Below are positions 20,942-32,217 of a stretch of 64,000 nt of DNA, piece after piece (position 1 is the stretch's first letter; every line of letters starts with the position of its first letter). The stretch comes from a virus (lineage: Duplodnaviria; Heunggongvirae; Uroviricota; Caudoviricetes). The notes under the pieces are model-generated. The model had not been told where the DNA came from. It did no database searches and saw only the letters and a program-made list of their open reading frames with translations. A program made the translations under genes and the position numbers. The DNA lies in the IMG/VR virus record IMGVR_UViG_2875703104_000004; one strand, 5' to 3'.

Positions 20942-22646
20942 AACGAACGCCTGTCCTGATTGATGTGAACGGCGTTCCGCTTCGGGAGAGCCTCAGCTAC
21001 AACGGGGGCGGCGCAGGATTTGGCGGGCAAATGGCGGAGTGGTTGCCACCGGCGCAGAGTGCCGATGCGGCCCTGCTGCCCGCGTTGCGTCTGGGGAATG
21101 CCCGGGCAGATGATCTGGTGCGCAATAACGGGATAGCGGCCAATGCGGTGGCCCTGCATAAGGATCACATTGTCGGGCATATGTTTCTTATCAGCTACCG
21201 CCCGAACTGGCGCTGGCTGGGGATGCGGGAGACCGCGACAAAAAGTTTTGTCGATGAGGTGGAGGCGGCCTGGTCAGAATACGCAGAAGGGATGTTTGGT
21301 GAGATCGACGTGGAAGGGAAACGCACGTTTACGGAATTTATCCGTGAAGGTGTGGGCGTTCATGCGTTTAACGGCGAAATCTTTGTGCAGCCGGTCTGGG
21401 ATACGGAGAGCACGCAACTGTTTCGTACGCGTTTTAAAGCCGTGAGTCCGAAACGGGTGGACACGCCAGGACACGGTATCGGGAACCGTTTTCTGCGGGC
21501 CGGTGTGGAGGTTGATCGATATGGCCGTGCCGTTGCGTACCATATCTGTGAGGATGATTTTCCTCGCTCCGGGAGTGGACGATGGGAACGGATCCCGCGT
21601 GAACTTCCCACCGGGCGTCCGGCCATGCTGCATATTTTCGAGCCGGTGGAGGACGGGCAGACCCGTGGGGCCAACCAGTTTTACAGCGTCATGGAACGGC
21701 TGAAGATGCTCGATTCCCTGCAGGCAACACAGCTTCAGTCGGCCATTGTCAAGGCGATGTATGCAGCGACAATTGAAAGTGAACTGGATACCGAAAAGGC
21801 CTTTGAATATATCGCCGGTGCGCCGCAGGGGCAGAAGGATAATCCGCTTATTAATATTCTGGAGAAGTTCTCCAGCTGGTATGACACGAATAACGTGACG
21901 CTGGGCGGTGTCAAAATTCCGCACCTTTTCCCTGGTGATGATCTGAAACTACAGACAGCGCAGGATTCAGACAATGGATTTTCTGCGCTTGAACAGGCGC
22001 TGCTGCGGTATATCGCCGCCGGTCTTGGCGTTTCCTACGAACAGTTGTCCCGTGATTACTCGAAGGTCAGTTACTCAAGTGCCCGCGCCTCCGCCAATGA
22101 GTCGTGGAACAGGCGCTGCTGCGGTATATCGCCGCCGGTCTTGGCGTTTCCTACGAACAGTTGTCCCGTGATTACTCGAAGGTCAGTTACTCAAGTGCCC
22201 GCGCCTCCGCCAATGAGTCGTGGCGCTATTTTATGGGGCGGCGAAAATTTATTGCGTCCCGGCTGGCCACGCAGATGTTTTCCTGCTGGCTGGAAGAGGC
22301 ACTTCTGCGGGGGATTATCCGTCCGCCACGGGCACGTTTTGATTTTTATCAGGCGCGTTCAGCCTGGTCACGGGCTGAGTGGATTGGTGCCGGAAGAATG
22401 GCCATTGACGGGCTCAAGGAGGTTCAGGAATCGGTGATGCGTATTGATTCCGGACTGAGCACGTATGAGAAAGAGCTGGCGCTGATGGGCGAGGATTATC
22501 AGGACATTTTCCGCCAGCAGGTCAGGGAATCTGCAGAGCGGGAAAAAGCCGGACTCTCACGTCCGGTGTGGATAGCGCAGGCGTATCAGCAGCAGATAGC
22601 GGAGAGTCGCAGGCCGGAAGAGGAGACAACACCACGTGAGACGTAA
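20938..22646 (+). pseudogene. B: portal protein (lambda gpB-like), frame broken by the same 116-bp tandem duplication
   Basis: ORF 20938..22437 plus C-terminal ORF 22104..22646 in another frame; paralogue of 1..1244. Confidence 0.8.
21991..22222. repeat. tandem direct duplication, 2 x 116 bp, same sequence as 589-820
   Basis: gaacaggcgctgctgcgg...gagtcgtg at 21991-22106 and 22107-22222. Confidence 0.9.
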
Positions 22647-24689
22647 TCTTTCACACATTATTGCAGCAGCATTCAATGAACCGCTGCTTCTGGAGCCCGC
22701 CTATGCGCGGGTTTTCTTTTGCGCGCTCGGGCGCGAGATGGGGGCAGCAAGTCTTTCGGTACCGCAACAGCAGGTACAGCTTGATGCTCCCGGGATGCTG
22801 GCTGAAACGGACGAGTACATGGCCGGAGGTAAACGACCGGCCCGTGTTTACCGGGTGGTGAACGGTATTGCGGTACTGCCGGTGACCGGCACGCTGGTGC
22901 ACCGGCTGGGGGGGATGCGGCCATTTTCCGGAATGACTGGCTATGACGGCATTGTCGCCTGTCTTCAGCAGGCAATGGCAGATAGCCAGGTGCGGGGCAT
23001 ACTGCTGGACATTGACAGTCCGGGCGGGCAGGCCGCCGGCGCGTTTGACTGCGTTGACATGATTTACCGCCTCCGGCAGCAGAAGCCGGTCTGGGCACTG
23101 TGCAATGACACGGCCTGTTCTGCAGCCATGCTGCTGGCGTCGGCCTGCTCCCGACGGCTGGTTACCCAGACATCCCGTATCGGCTCCATTGGCGTGATGA
23201 TGAGCCATGTCAGCTATGCCGGTCATCTGGCGCAGGCCGGTGTGGATATCACGCTGATTTACTCAGGGGCGCACAAGGTGGATGGCAATCAGNGGTGCAC
23301 CGGCTGGGTGGTATGCGGCCATTTTCCGGAATGACAGGCTATGACGGCATTGTCGCCTGTCTTCAGCAGGCAATGGCGGATAGCCAGGTGCGGGGCGTAC
23401 TGCTGGACATTGACAGTCCGGGCGGGCAGGCCGCCGGCGCGTTTGACTGCGCTGACATGATTTACCGCCTCCGTCAGCAGAAGCCGGTCTGGGCACTGTG
23501 CAATGACACGGCCTGTTCTGCAGCCATGCTGCTGGCGTCGGCCTGCTCCCGACGGCTGGTTACCCAGACATCCCGTATCGGCTCCATTGGCGTGATGATG
23601 AGCCATGTCAGCTATGCCGGTCATCTGGCGCAGGCCGGTGTGGATATCACGCTGATTTANNCNGGGGCGCACAAGGTGGATGGCAATCAGTTTGAAGCGT
23701 TGCCGGCAGAGGTTCGCCAGGACATGCAGCAGCGGATTGATGCGGCGCGCCGGATGTTTGCCGAAAAAGTGGCGATGTATACCGGTCTGTCTGTTGATGC
23801 CGTCACGGGAACAGAGGCTGCCGTTTTTGAAGGTCAGTCCGGCATTGAGGCCGGGCTGGCGGATGAATTAATCAATGCGTCGGATGCCATCAGTGTGATG
23901 GCCACGGCGCTGAACAGTAATGTCAGAGGAGGCACTATGCCGCAATTAACTGCAACGGAAGCCGCCGCTGCCGTTTTTGAAGGTCAGTCCGGCATTGAGG
24001 CCGGGCTGGCGGATGAATTAATCAATGCGTCGGATGCCATCAGTGTGATGGCCACGGCGCTGAACAGTAATGTCAGAGGAGGCACTATGCCGCAATTAAC
24101 TGCAACGGAAGCCGCCGTGCAGGAGAACCAGCGAGTGATGGGGATCCTGACATGCCAGGAAGCGAAAGGACGTGAACAGCTTGCCACGATGCTGGCAGGG
24201 CAACAGGGCATGAGCGTTGAACAGGCCCGGGCGATTCTGGCCGCGGCGGCACCGCAGCAGCCGGTGGCATCCGCACAGAGTGAAGCCGATCGCATTATGG
24301 CGTGTGAAGAAGCGAACGGTCGTGAACAACTGGCAGCAACGCTGGCGGCGATGCCGGAGAGGACGGTGGAAAAAGCCCGCCCGATCCTGGCTGCTTCACC
24401 GCAGGCGAATGCCGGGCCCTCACTTCGTGATCAGATCATGGCACTGGATGAGGCAAAAGGGGCTGAGGCGCAGGCTGAACAGCTGGCTGCCTGCCCGGGA
24501 ATGACTGTGGAGAGCGCCCGGGCTGTGCTGGCTGCGGGATCAGGTAAGGCAGAACCGGTCTCTGCATCCACAACCGCCCTGTTTGAACATTTCATGGCGA
24601 ACCATTCACCGGCTGCGGTCCAGGGGGGCGTGTCACAGGCGTCAGAAGACGGTGATGCGGACGTGAAAATGCTCATGGCCATGCCATGA
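22636..24689 (+). CDS. C: prohead protease / scaffold (gpC-like), second copy, with internal duplications
   Basis: Same motifs as 1234..2739; frame interrupted at n 23293 where 22896-23292 is repeated at 23294-23690; additional in-frame 150-bp tandem duplication at 23821-24120. Confidence 0.7.
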
Positions 24690-24725
24690 AGTCAGTGCTG
24701 AACATCAATACGAGGTTTTAACAAT

Positions 24726-25073
24726 ATGGTGACGAAAACCATCACTGAACAGCGTGCGGAAGTACGTATTTTTGCCGGTAATGATCCGGCTCACACCGCC
24801 ACAGGCAGCAGCGGGATTTCCTCGGCAACACCGGCACTGACACCCCTGATGCTGGATGGGGCCACCGGGAAACTGGTGGTCTGGGACGGACAGAAAGCCG
24901 GTAGTGCGGTTGGCATACTGGTACTGCCGCTTGAAGGCACAGAGGCGGTGCTGACGTATTACAAGTCGGGGACCTTTGCGACGGAGGCAATCCGCTGGCC
25001 TGAAAGTGTGGATGAACACAAAAAGGCCAACGCCTTTACCGGCAGTGCCCTGAGTCACGCGGCGCTGCCGTAA
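24726..25073 (+). CDS. D: head decoration protein (gpD-like)
   Basis: Paralogue of 2776..3123 with a few substitutions. Confidence 0.8.
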   Translation: MVTKTITEQRAEVRIFAGNDPAHTATGSSGISSATPALTPLMLDGATGKLVVWDGQKAGSAVGILVLPLEGTEAVLTYYKSGTFATEAIRWPESVDEHKKANAFTGSALSHAALP

Positions 25074-25130
25074 CACGTTATCAGGCCACCGCGTTGGCCT
25101 GACTGATTTCTTAATGAAAGGAACTGATTT

Positions 25131-26159
25131 ATGGGATTGTTTACGACCCGCCAGTTACTCGGTTATACCGAACAAAAAGTGAAATTCCGTGCGCTGTTTC
25201 TGGAGCTGTTTTTCCGCCGTACGGTGAATTTCCACACCGAAGAGGTGATGCTGGACAAAATTACCGGAAAAACGCCGGTGGCGGCCTATGTCTCCCCGAT
25301 CGTTGAAGGAAAAGTGCTTCGCCATCGCGGTGGTGAAACCCGCGTGTTACGTCCGGGCTACGTCAAGCCCAAACACGAATTTAATTACCAGCAGGCGGTT
25401 GAGCGCCTTCCTGGTGAAGATCCGGCTCAGCTGAACGACCCGGCCTACCGTCGTCTGCGTATCATTACCGATAACCTCAAACAGGAAGAGCACGCCATTG
25501 TCCAGGTGGAAGAAATGCAGGCGGTGAATGCCGTGCTGTATGGCAAATACACCATGGAAGGGGATCAGTTTGATACTGTCGAGGTGGATTTCGGGCGCTC
25601 TGAAGGAAATAACATTGAGCAGGCTGACGGTAAAAAATGGTCTGAGCAGGACCGTGATACGTTTGATCCGACGCATGATATTGACCTCTACTGCGATCAG
25701 GCCAGCGGCCTTGTGAATATCGCCATTATGGACGGTACGGTCTGGCGTCTGCTGAATGGCTTTAAGCTGTTCCGCGAAAAACTGGATACCCGTCGCGGCT
25801 CAAATTCACAACTCGAAACGGCAGTGAAAGACCTGGGGGCGGTGGTGTCCTTCAAGGGGTATTACGGCGATCTGGCCATTGTGGTGGCGAAAACGTCTTA
25901 TGTGGCAGAGGACGGTACCGAAAAACGTTATCTGCCGGAGGGCACACTGGTCCTGGGGAATACGGCAGCAGAGGGCATTCGTTGCTATGGTGCCATTCAG
26001 GATGCGCAGGCGTTGTCCGAAGGTGTGGTGGCCTCTTCCCGTTATCCGAAACACTGGCTGACCGTGGGCGATCCGGCCCGTGAATTCACCATGACGCAGT
26101 CCGCACCGCTGATGGTGCTGCCGGATCCGGATGAGTTTGTGGTGGTACAGGTGAAATAA
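25131..26159 (+). CDS. E: major capsid protein (gpE-like)
   Basis: 342-aa paralogue of 3181..4209. Confidence 0.9.
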   Translation: MGLFTTRQLLGYTEQKVKFRALFLELFFRRTVNFHTEEVMLDKITGKTPVAAYVSPIVEGKVLRHRGGETRVLRPGYVKPKHEFNYQQAVERLPGEDPAQLNDPAYRRLRIITDNLKQEEHAIVQVEEMQAVNAVLYGKYTMEGDQFDTVEVDFGRSEGNNIEQADGKKWSEQDRDTFDPTHDIDLYCDQASGLVNIAIMDGTVWRLLNGFKLFREKLDTRRGSNSQLETAVKDLGAVVSFKGYYGDLAIVVAKTSYVAEDGTEKRYLPEGTLVLGNTAAEGIRCYGAIQDAQALSEGVVASSRYPKHWLTVGDPAREFTMTQSAPLMVLPDPDEFVVVQVK

Positions 26160-26165
26160 TCCGTG

Positions 26166-26196
26166 AGCGGGGGCGAAATGCCCCCGTGTCTTTTTT
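26166..26196 (+). terminator. terminator-like hairpin downstream of E (second copy)
   Basis: Same gcggggg-cgaaatg-cccccg hairpin plus TTTTTT as at 4216-4246. Confidence 0.55.
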
Positions 26197-26210
26197 CACA
26201 GGAGGCTGAG

Positions 26211-26594
26211 ATGGCAACAAAAGAAGAAAATCTGAATCGTCTTCGTCAACTGGCTGGCCTGCTGGGGCGCGAGGCGGATATGTCGGGGAGTGCTGCGGAT
26301 ATTGCTCAACGTGTGTCTGAGTGGGAAGAGGAGCTTGCTGTTTCCCCGGAGGGCATTATGCACTCTGATGAGAGCGGGGCTGATCAAAATCACACAGACG
26401 ATGGTGAGCAGTTGCACAACACTGATGCTACGGATGATGTTAAAGCGGTCCGTGTGCGGAAATGCCTGCATGTGATGGGGTATTGCCCGGAGACAGGCCG
26501 TCCCGTTGAACTGACGTACCGGGGCATGCGTGTTATGGTGCCATCACCACTGGCGACAGCCATGATACAGCACGGAACGGCTGAGCATGCGTGA
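26211..26594 (+). CDS. FI: FI-like DNA packaging protein, diverged C-terminus
   Basis: Starts MATKEENLNRL; acidic; position between E and FII. Confidence 0.65.
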   Translation: MATKEENLNRLRQLAGLLGREADMSGSAADIAQRVSEWEEELAVSPEGIMHSDESGADQNHTDDGEQLHNTDATDDVKAVRVRKCLHVMGYCPETGRPVELTYRGMRVMVPSPLATAMIQHGTAEHA

Positions 26595-26940
26595 TTTTCA
26601 GAATGCCTTTGATGCTGCCCTTGCCGGGGTGGACAGCACGATTGTTGAAGTGATGGGGATCCGTGCGCAGTTCACCTCCGGAGCACAACGTGGCGGCGAA
26701 GTTCAGGGGGTTTTTGACGATCCGGAGTCGCTGGGTTTTGCCGGTGGCGGGGTCCGTATTGAAGGAAGCAGCCCGTCATTATTTGTGCGGACGGATACGG
26801 TGCGTGCCGTGCGGCGTGGTGACACGCTGACCATTAACGGCGAGATGTTCTGGGTGGATCGTGTTTCTCCGGATGACGGGGGAAGCTGTTATCTCTGGCT
26901 CAACCGTGGGCAACCACCCGCTGTTAACCGGCGACGATAA
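26587..26940 (+). CDS. FII: head-tail joining protein FII
   Basis: Paralogue of 4628..4981. Confidence 0.85.
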   Translation: MRDFQNAFDAALAGVDSTIVEVMGIRAQFTSGAQRGGEVQGVFDDPESLGFAGGGVRIEGSSPSLFVRTDTVRAVRRGDTLTINGEMFWVDRVSPDDGGSCYLWLNRGQPPAVNRRR

Positions 26941-26955
26941 ACGCAGGGTGAAATT

Positions 26956-27489
26956 ATGGCGATAAAAGGGCTTGATCAGGCGATTGATAATCTGAGCCGG
27001 GTTCGTAAAAACGCCATTCCGGCGGCTTCAGCAATGGCCATTAACCGCGTGGCCACAACGGCGATTAATCAGTCTTCATCACAGGTTGCCCGGGAGACAA
27101 AGGTACGCCGGAAACTGGTAAAGGAACGGTCCAGACTGAAACGGGCGACGGTCAGAAATCCGAACGCAAAAATTATCGTTAACCGCGGTGATCTTCCAGT
27201 GATTAAGCTGGGGATCAGGATGCTGGGCCGTCGTCCGAACAGCATACTTAAAGCCGGTCAGCATCGGTATCAGCGGGCATTCATTCAGCGATTAAAAAAC
27301 GGTCGCTGGCATGTCATGCAGCGTGTGGCCGGGAAAAACCGTTACCCTATTGATGTGGTGAAAATCCCGATGGCGGCCCCACTGAAACAGGCGTTTGATG
27401 AGAATGTTGACCGTATCCGGCGTGAACGCCTGCCCGGAGAACTGGCATCCGCGCTGAAACAACAACTGAGGATTGCGATAAAACGATGA
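26956..27489 (+). CDS. Z: minor tail protein Z
   Basis: Paralogue of 4993..5571. Confidence 0.85.
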   Translation: MAIKGLDQAIDNLSRVRKNAIPAASAMAINRVATTAINQSSSQVARETKVRRKLVKERSRLKRATVRNPNAKIIVNRGDLPVIKLGIRMLGRRPNSILKAGQHRYQRAFIQRLKNGRWHVMQRVAGKNRYPIDVVKIPMAAPLKQAFDENVDRIRRERLPGELASALKQQLRIAIKR

Positions 27490-27881
27490 AACACACTGAC
27501 ATTCGTGCCGCAGTGCTGGATGCACTCGAGCAGCATGAACACGGGGCGACGCTGTTTGATGGTCGCCCCGTTGTTTTTGACGAAGAGGATTTTCCTGCGA
27601 TCGCGGTTTATCTGACGGATGCAGAGTATACCGGTGAAGAGCTGGATGCAGATACCTGGCGGGCCACGCTGCATATTGAGGTGTTTTTACCGGCACAGGT
27701 ACCGGATTCAGAGCTTGATCAGTGGATGGAAAGCCGGATTTACCCGGCGATGACCGCGATCCCGGCACTGGCAGGACTGATTACCACGATGGTTACGCAG
27801 GGCTATGAGTATCGTCGTGATGACGATATGGCGTTATGGAGTTCTGCAGATCTGACTTATTCCATTACATACGAGATGTGA
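27486..27881 (+). CDS. U: minor tail protein U
   Basis: Paralogue of 5568..5963. Confidence 0.85.
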   Translation: MKHTDIRAAVLDALEQHEHGATLFDGRPVVFDEEDFPAIAVYLTDAEYTGEELDADTWRATLHIEVFLPAQVPDSELDQWMESRIYPAMTAIPALAGLITTMVTQGYEYRRDDDMALWSSADLTYSITYEM

Positions 27882-27888
27882 GGACGAT

Positions 27889-28635
27889 ATGGCAACACCA
27901 AATCCCCTTGAGCCGGTAAAAGGTGCCGGTACCACTCTGTGGGTTTACAACGGCAAGGCTGATGCTTATGCAAACCCGTTGTCAGACGATGGCTGGCAGC
28001 GACTGGCTAAGGTGAAGGATCTGACGCCGGGCGAGATGACGGCTGAACCCTACGATGATAACTACCTGGATGATGAAGACGCGGACTGGACCGCGACCGG
28101 GCAGGGACAGAAATCTGCAGGTGATACCAGTTTTACGCTGGCCTGGAAACCGGGAGAGGAAGGCCAGAAAGGGCTTATAGGCTGGTTTGAAAGCGGCGAT
28201 GTCCGGGCCTATAAAATCCGTTTTCCGAATGGCACGGTGGATGTGTTTCGTGGCTGGGTCAGCAGTATCGGTAAGGCCGTGACGGCGAAAGAAGTGATCA
28301 CCCGCACGGTGAAAGTCACTAACGTGGGTAAACCTTCTGTAGCGGAAGAACGCAGCAAAATTACGCCGGTCACTGCGATTAAGGTGACGCCGACAGGTAC
28401 GGTTGAAAAAGGGAAAACAACCACCCTGACCGTTACTGTGGAACCGGAAAATGCAACGGATAAGACATTCAGGGCGATTTCCGCCGATCCATCAAAAGCC
28501 ACCATTAGCGTGAAAGATATGACGATTACTGTGGCGGGGGTTAAGGATGGAAAAGTCAGCATCCCTGTGATTTCCGGTAATGGTCAGTTTGCTGCGGTGG
28601 CTGAAATTACCGTTAATAATGTGCCGGGTGGCTAA
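27889..28635 (+). CDS. V: major tail protein V with Ig-like C-terminal domain
   Basis: Paralogue of 5971..6711; the C-terminal Ig-like part is more diverged than the tube domain. Confidence 0.85.
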   Translation: MATPNPLEPVKGAGTTLWVYNGKADAYANPLSDDGWQRLAKVKDLTPGEMTAEPYDDNYLDDEDADWTATGQGQKSAGDTSFTLAWKPGEEGQKGLIGWFESGDVRAYKIRFPNGTVDVFRGWVSSIGKAVTAKEVITRTVKVTNVGKPSVAEERSKITPVTAIKVTPTGTVEKGKTTTLTVTVEPENATDKTFRAISADPSKATISVKDMTITVAGVKDGKVSIPVISGNGQFAAVAEITVNNVPGG

Positions 28636-28653
28636 AGAGCTGAGAGATAAGCG

Positions 28654-29085
28654 ATGTTCCTGAAAACAGAACAATTTGAATATAACGGTGTATCCGTCAC
28701 GCTTTCTGAGCTGTCTGCGCTGCAGCGTATTGAGCATCTTGCCCTCCTGAAACGGCGGGCAGAAGAGGCTGAAGCCAGCGGCAACCTGCAGGTGAGTGTG
28801 GAAGATCTTGTCAGAACCGGCGCGTTTCTGGTGGCGATGTCCCTGTGGCATAACCATCCACAGAAAACGCAGTCACCGTCAATGAATGAGGCCGTGATGA
28901 AGATAGAGCAGGAAGTGCTCACCACCTGGCCTGCCGATGCCATTGCCCGGGCGGAAGACGTGGTGTTGTGCCTGTCCGGGATGATCGAAGCTGTTCGTCC
29001 GGATACTGATATTACTGAAGTGGCGAAAAATAACACGCTGACTGATGATGATTTTTCTGCGGGAAAGTCTTCGACGGCGAGCTGA
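28654..29085 (+). CDS. G: tail assembly chaperone G
   Basis: Paralogue of 6727..7149; GGGAAAG slippery heptamer at 29061-29067. Confidence 0.8.
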   Translation: MFLKTEQFEYNGVSVTLSELSALQRIEHLALLKRRAEEAEASGNLQVSVEDLVRTGAFLVAMSLWHNHPQKTQSPSMNEAVMKIEQEVLTTWPADAIARAEDVVLCLSGMIEAVRPDTDITEVAKNNTLTDDDFSAGKSSTAS

Positions 29086-29111
29086 ACTTTGCCCTCAGAC
29101 TGGCGCGTGAG

Positions 29112-29525
29112 ATGGGGAGACCCGACTGGCGCGCCATGCTTGCCGGGATGACATCCACCGAATATGCCGACTGGCACCGTTTTTACCGCACGCATTATTT
29201 TCAGGATACCCAGCTGGATATGCATTTTTCCGGGCTGACGTACGCTGTACTCAGCCTGTTTTTTTGCGATCCGGATATGCATCCCTCTGATTTCAGTCTG
29301 CTTGTCCCCCGGCATGAGGAAGAGCAGGTGGAGAGGCCGGATGAGGACAAAATGCTGATGCAGAAAGCGGCAGGACTTGCCGGAGGCGTCCGGTTCGGTG
29401 GGGACGGAGGGCGCGATATTTTATCGTCTGTGGATGTGGCGGATGTCATGGTGGATGATGCCGCATTAATGATGGCTTCAGCGGGGATTCCGGGAGGTGT
29501 GAGATATGTCCCAGCCGGTTGGTGA
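29112..29525 (+). CDS. T: T segment of the G-T frameshift fusion
   Basis: -1 frame relative to G, entered at the GGGAAAG at 29061-29067. Confidence 0.75.
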   Translation: MGRPDWRAMLAGMTSTEYADWHRFYRTHYFQDTQLDMHFSGLTYAVLSLFFCDPDMHPSDFSLLVPRHEEEQVERPDEDKMLMQKAAGLAGGVRFGGDGGRDILSSVDVADVMVDDAALMMASAGIPGGVRYVPAGW

Positions 29526-32217
29526 TCTTGTTATTGACCTGAGTCTGGATGCTGTCCGTTTCGATGAGCAGATGAGCCGGGTAAGGCGTCATTTTTCAGG
29601 TCTGGATACCGACGCCAGAAAAACCGCCAGTGCTGTTGAACAGGGCCTGAGCCGCCAGGCGCTGGCTGCACAAAAAGCCGGGATTTCCGTCGGGCAGTAT
29701 AAAGCGGCCATGCGAACCCTGCCCGCACAGTTTACGGATATCGCCACGCAGCTTGCCGGTGGTCAGAATCCCTGGCTGATCCTGCTGCAACAGGGCGGTC
29801 AGGTGAAGGACTCCTTCGGCGGGATGATCCCCATGTTCAGGGGGCTTGCCGGTGCGATCACCCTGCCGATGGTCGGGGTCACCTCGCTGGCGGTGGCGAC
29901 AGGTGCGCTGGTGTACGCCTGGTACCAGGGAGATTCCACGCTTTCAGCGTTTAATAAAACCCTGGTTCTTTCCGGTAATCAGTCCGGACTGACTGCCGAT
30001 CGCATGCTGACGCTCTCCAGAGCCGGACAGGCCGCAGGGCTGACGTTTAACCAGGCGAGTGAGTCACTGGCAGCCCTGGTGAATGCCGGTGTGCGTGGTG
30101 GTGAACAGTTTGATGCCATCAACCAGAGTGTCGCGCGTTTTGCTTCTGCATCCGGTGTGGAGGTGGACAAGGTTGCAGAGGCTTTCGGAAAACTGACCAC
30201 TGACCCGACGTCGGGGCTGATTGCGATGGCGAAGCAGTTCCATAACGTGACGGCGGAGCAGATTGCGTATGTTGCTCAGTTGCAGCGTTCCGGCGATGAA
30301 GCCGGGGCATTGCAGGCGGCGAACGAGGCCGCAACGAAAGGGTTTGATGACCAGACCCGACGCTTGAAAGAGAACATGGGCACGCTGGAAACCTGGGCAG
30401 ACAGGACAGCACGGGCATTCAAATCCATGTGGGATGCGGTGCTGGATATTGGTCGTCCTGATACCGCGCAGGAGATGCTGATTAAGGCAGAGGCCGCGTT
30501 TAAGAAAGCGGACGATATCTGGAATCTGCGCAAGGATGATTATTTTGTTAACGATGAAGCGCGGGCGCGTTACTGGGATGATCGTGAAAAGGCCCGTCTT
30601 GCGCTTGAAGCCGCCCGAAAGAAGGCTGAGCAGCAGAGTCAACAGGACAAAAATGCGCAGCAGCAGAGCGATACCGAAGCGTCACGGCTGAAATATACCG
30701 AAGAGGCGCAGAAGGCTTACGAACGGCTGCAGACGCCGCTGGAGAAATATACCGCCCGTCAGGAAGAACTGAACAAGGCACTGAAAGACGGGAAAATCCT
30801 GCAGGCGGATTACAACACGCTGATGGCGGCGGCGAAAAAGGATTATGAAGCGACGCTGAAAAAGCCGAAACAGTCCGGCGTGAAGGTGTCTGCGGGCGAT
30901 CGTCAGGAAGACAGTGCTCATGCTGCCCTGCTGACGCTTCAGGCNGAACTCCGGACGCTGGAGAAGCATGCCGGAGCAAATGAGAAAATCAGCCAGCAGC
31001 GCCGGGATTTGTGGAAGGCGGAGAGTCAGTTCGCGGTACTGGAGGAGGCGGCGCAACGTCGCCAGCTGTCTGCACAGGAGAAATCCCTGCTGGCGCATAA
31101 AGATGAGACGCTGGAGTACAAACGCCAGCTGGCTGCACTTGGCGACAAGGTTACGTATCAGGAGCGCCTGAACGCGCTGGCGCAGCAGGCGGATAAATTC
31201 GCACAGCAGCAACGGGCAANNNNNNNNNNNNNNNNNNNNNTGGCGCATAAAGATGAGACGCTGGAGTACAAACGCCAGCTGGCTGCACTTGGCGACAAGG
31301 TTACGTATCAGGAGCGCCTGAACGCGCTGGCGCAGCAGGCGGATAAATTCGCACAGCAGCAACGGGCAAAACGGGCCGCCATTGATGCGAAAAGCCGGGG
31401 GCTGACTGACCGGCAGGCAGAACGGGAAGCCACGGAACAGCGCCTGAAGGAACAGTATGGCGATAATCCGCTGGCGCTGAATAACGTCATGTCAGAGCAG
31501 AAAAAGACCTGGGCGGCTGAAGACCTGCTTCGCGGGAACTGGATGGCAGGCCTCAGGTCCGGCTGGAGTGAGTGGGAAGAGAGTGCCACGGACAGTATGT
31601 CGCAGGTAAAAAGTGCAGCCACGCAGACCTTTGACGGTATTGCACAGAATATGGCAGCGATGCTGACCGGCAGCGAACAGAACTGGCGTGGTTTCACCCG
31701 TTCTGTGCTGTCCATGCTGACAGAGATTTTTCTGAAGCAGGCGATGGTGGGGATTGTCGGGAGTATCGGCAGCGCTATTGGCGGGGCTGTTGGTGGCGGC
31801 GCATCCGCGTCAGGCGGTACAGCCATTCAGGCCGCTGCGGCGAAATTCCATTTTGCAACCGGAGGATTTACGGGAACCGGCGGCAAATATGAGCCAGCGG
31901 GGATTGTTCACCGTGGTGAATTTGTCTTCACGAAGGAGGCAACCAGCCGGATTGGTGTCGGCAACCTGTATCGTCTGATGCGCGGGTATGCGGAAGGTGG
32001 TTATGTCGGCGGTGCCGGAAGTCCGGCGCAGATGCGGCGGGCCGAAGGTATTAATTTTAATCAGAACAATCACGTGGTGATTCAGAACGACGGTATCAAC
32101 GGACAGGCGGGGTCGCAGCTGATGAAGGCGGTGTATGACATGGCCCGCAAGGGGGCACAGGATGAACTCCGGCTGCAGTTGCGTGATGGCGGTCTGTTAT
32201 CAGGGAGCGGTCGATGA
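29506..32217 (+). CDS. H: tail tape measure protein H (contains an N-run and a redundant block)
   Basis: 903-aa ORF paralogous to 7558..10054; N-run at 31220-31240 flanked by duplicated ~132-bp blocks. Confidence 0.8.
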   Translation: MSQPVGDLVIDLSLDAVRFDEQMSRVRRHFSGLDTDARKTASAVEQGLSRQALAAQKAGISVGQYKAAMRTLPAQFTDIATQLAGGQNPWLILLQQGGQVKDSFGGMIPMFRGLAGAITLPMVGVTSLAVATGALVYAWYQGDSTLSAFNKTLVLSGNQSGLTADRMLTLSRAGQAAGLTFNQASESLAALVNAGVRGGEQFDAINQSVARFASASGVEVDKVAEAFGKLTTDPTSGLIAMAKQFHNVTAEQIAYVAQLQRSGDEAGALQAANEAATKGFDDQTRRLKENMGTLETWADRTARAFKSMWDAVLDIGRPDTAQEMLIKAEAAFKKADDIWNLRKDDYFVNDEARARYWDDREKARLALEAARKKAEQQSQQDKNAQQQSDTEASRLKYTEEAQKAYERLQTPLEKYTARQEELNKALKDGKILQADYNTLMAAAKKDYEATLKKPKQSGVKVSAGDRQEDSAHAALLTLQXELRTLEKHAGANEKISQQRRDLWKAESQFAVLEEAAQRRQLSAQEKSLLAHKDETLEYKRQLAALGDKVTYQERLNALAQQADKFAQQQRAXXXXXXXXAHKDETLEYKRQLAALGDKVTYQERLNALAQQADKFAQQQRAKRAAIDAKSRGLTDRQAEREATEQRLKEQYGDNPLALNNVMSEQKKTWAAEDLLRGNWMAGLRSGWSEWEESATDSMSQVKSAATQTFDGIAQNMAAMLTGSEQNWRGFTRSVLSMLTEIFLKQAMVGIVGSIGSAIGGAVGGGASASGGTAIQAAAAKFHFATGGFTGTGGKYEPAGIVHRGEFVFTKEATSRIGVGNLYRLMRGYAEGGYVGGAGSPAQMRRAEGINFNQNNHVVIQNDGINGQAGSQLMKAVYDMARKGAQDELRLQLRDGGLLSGSGR

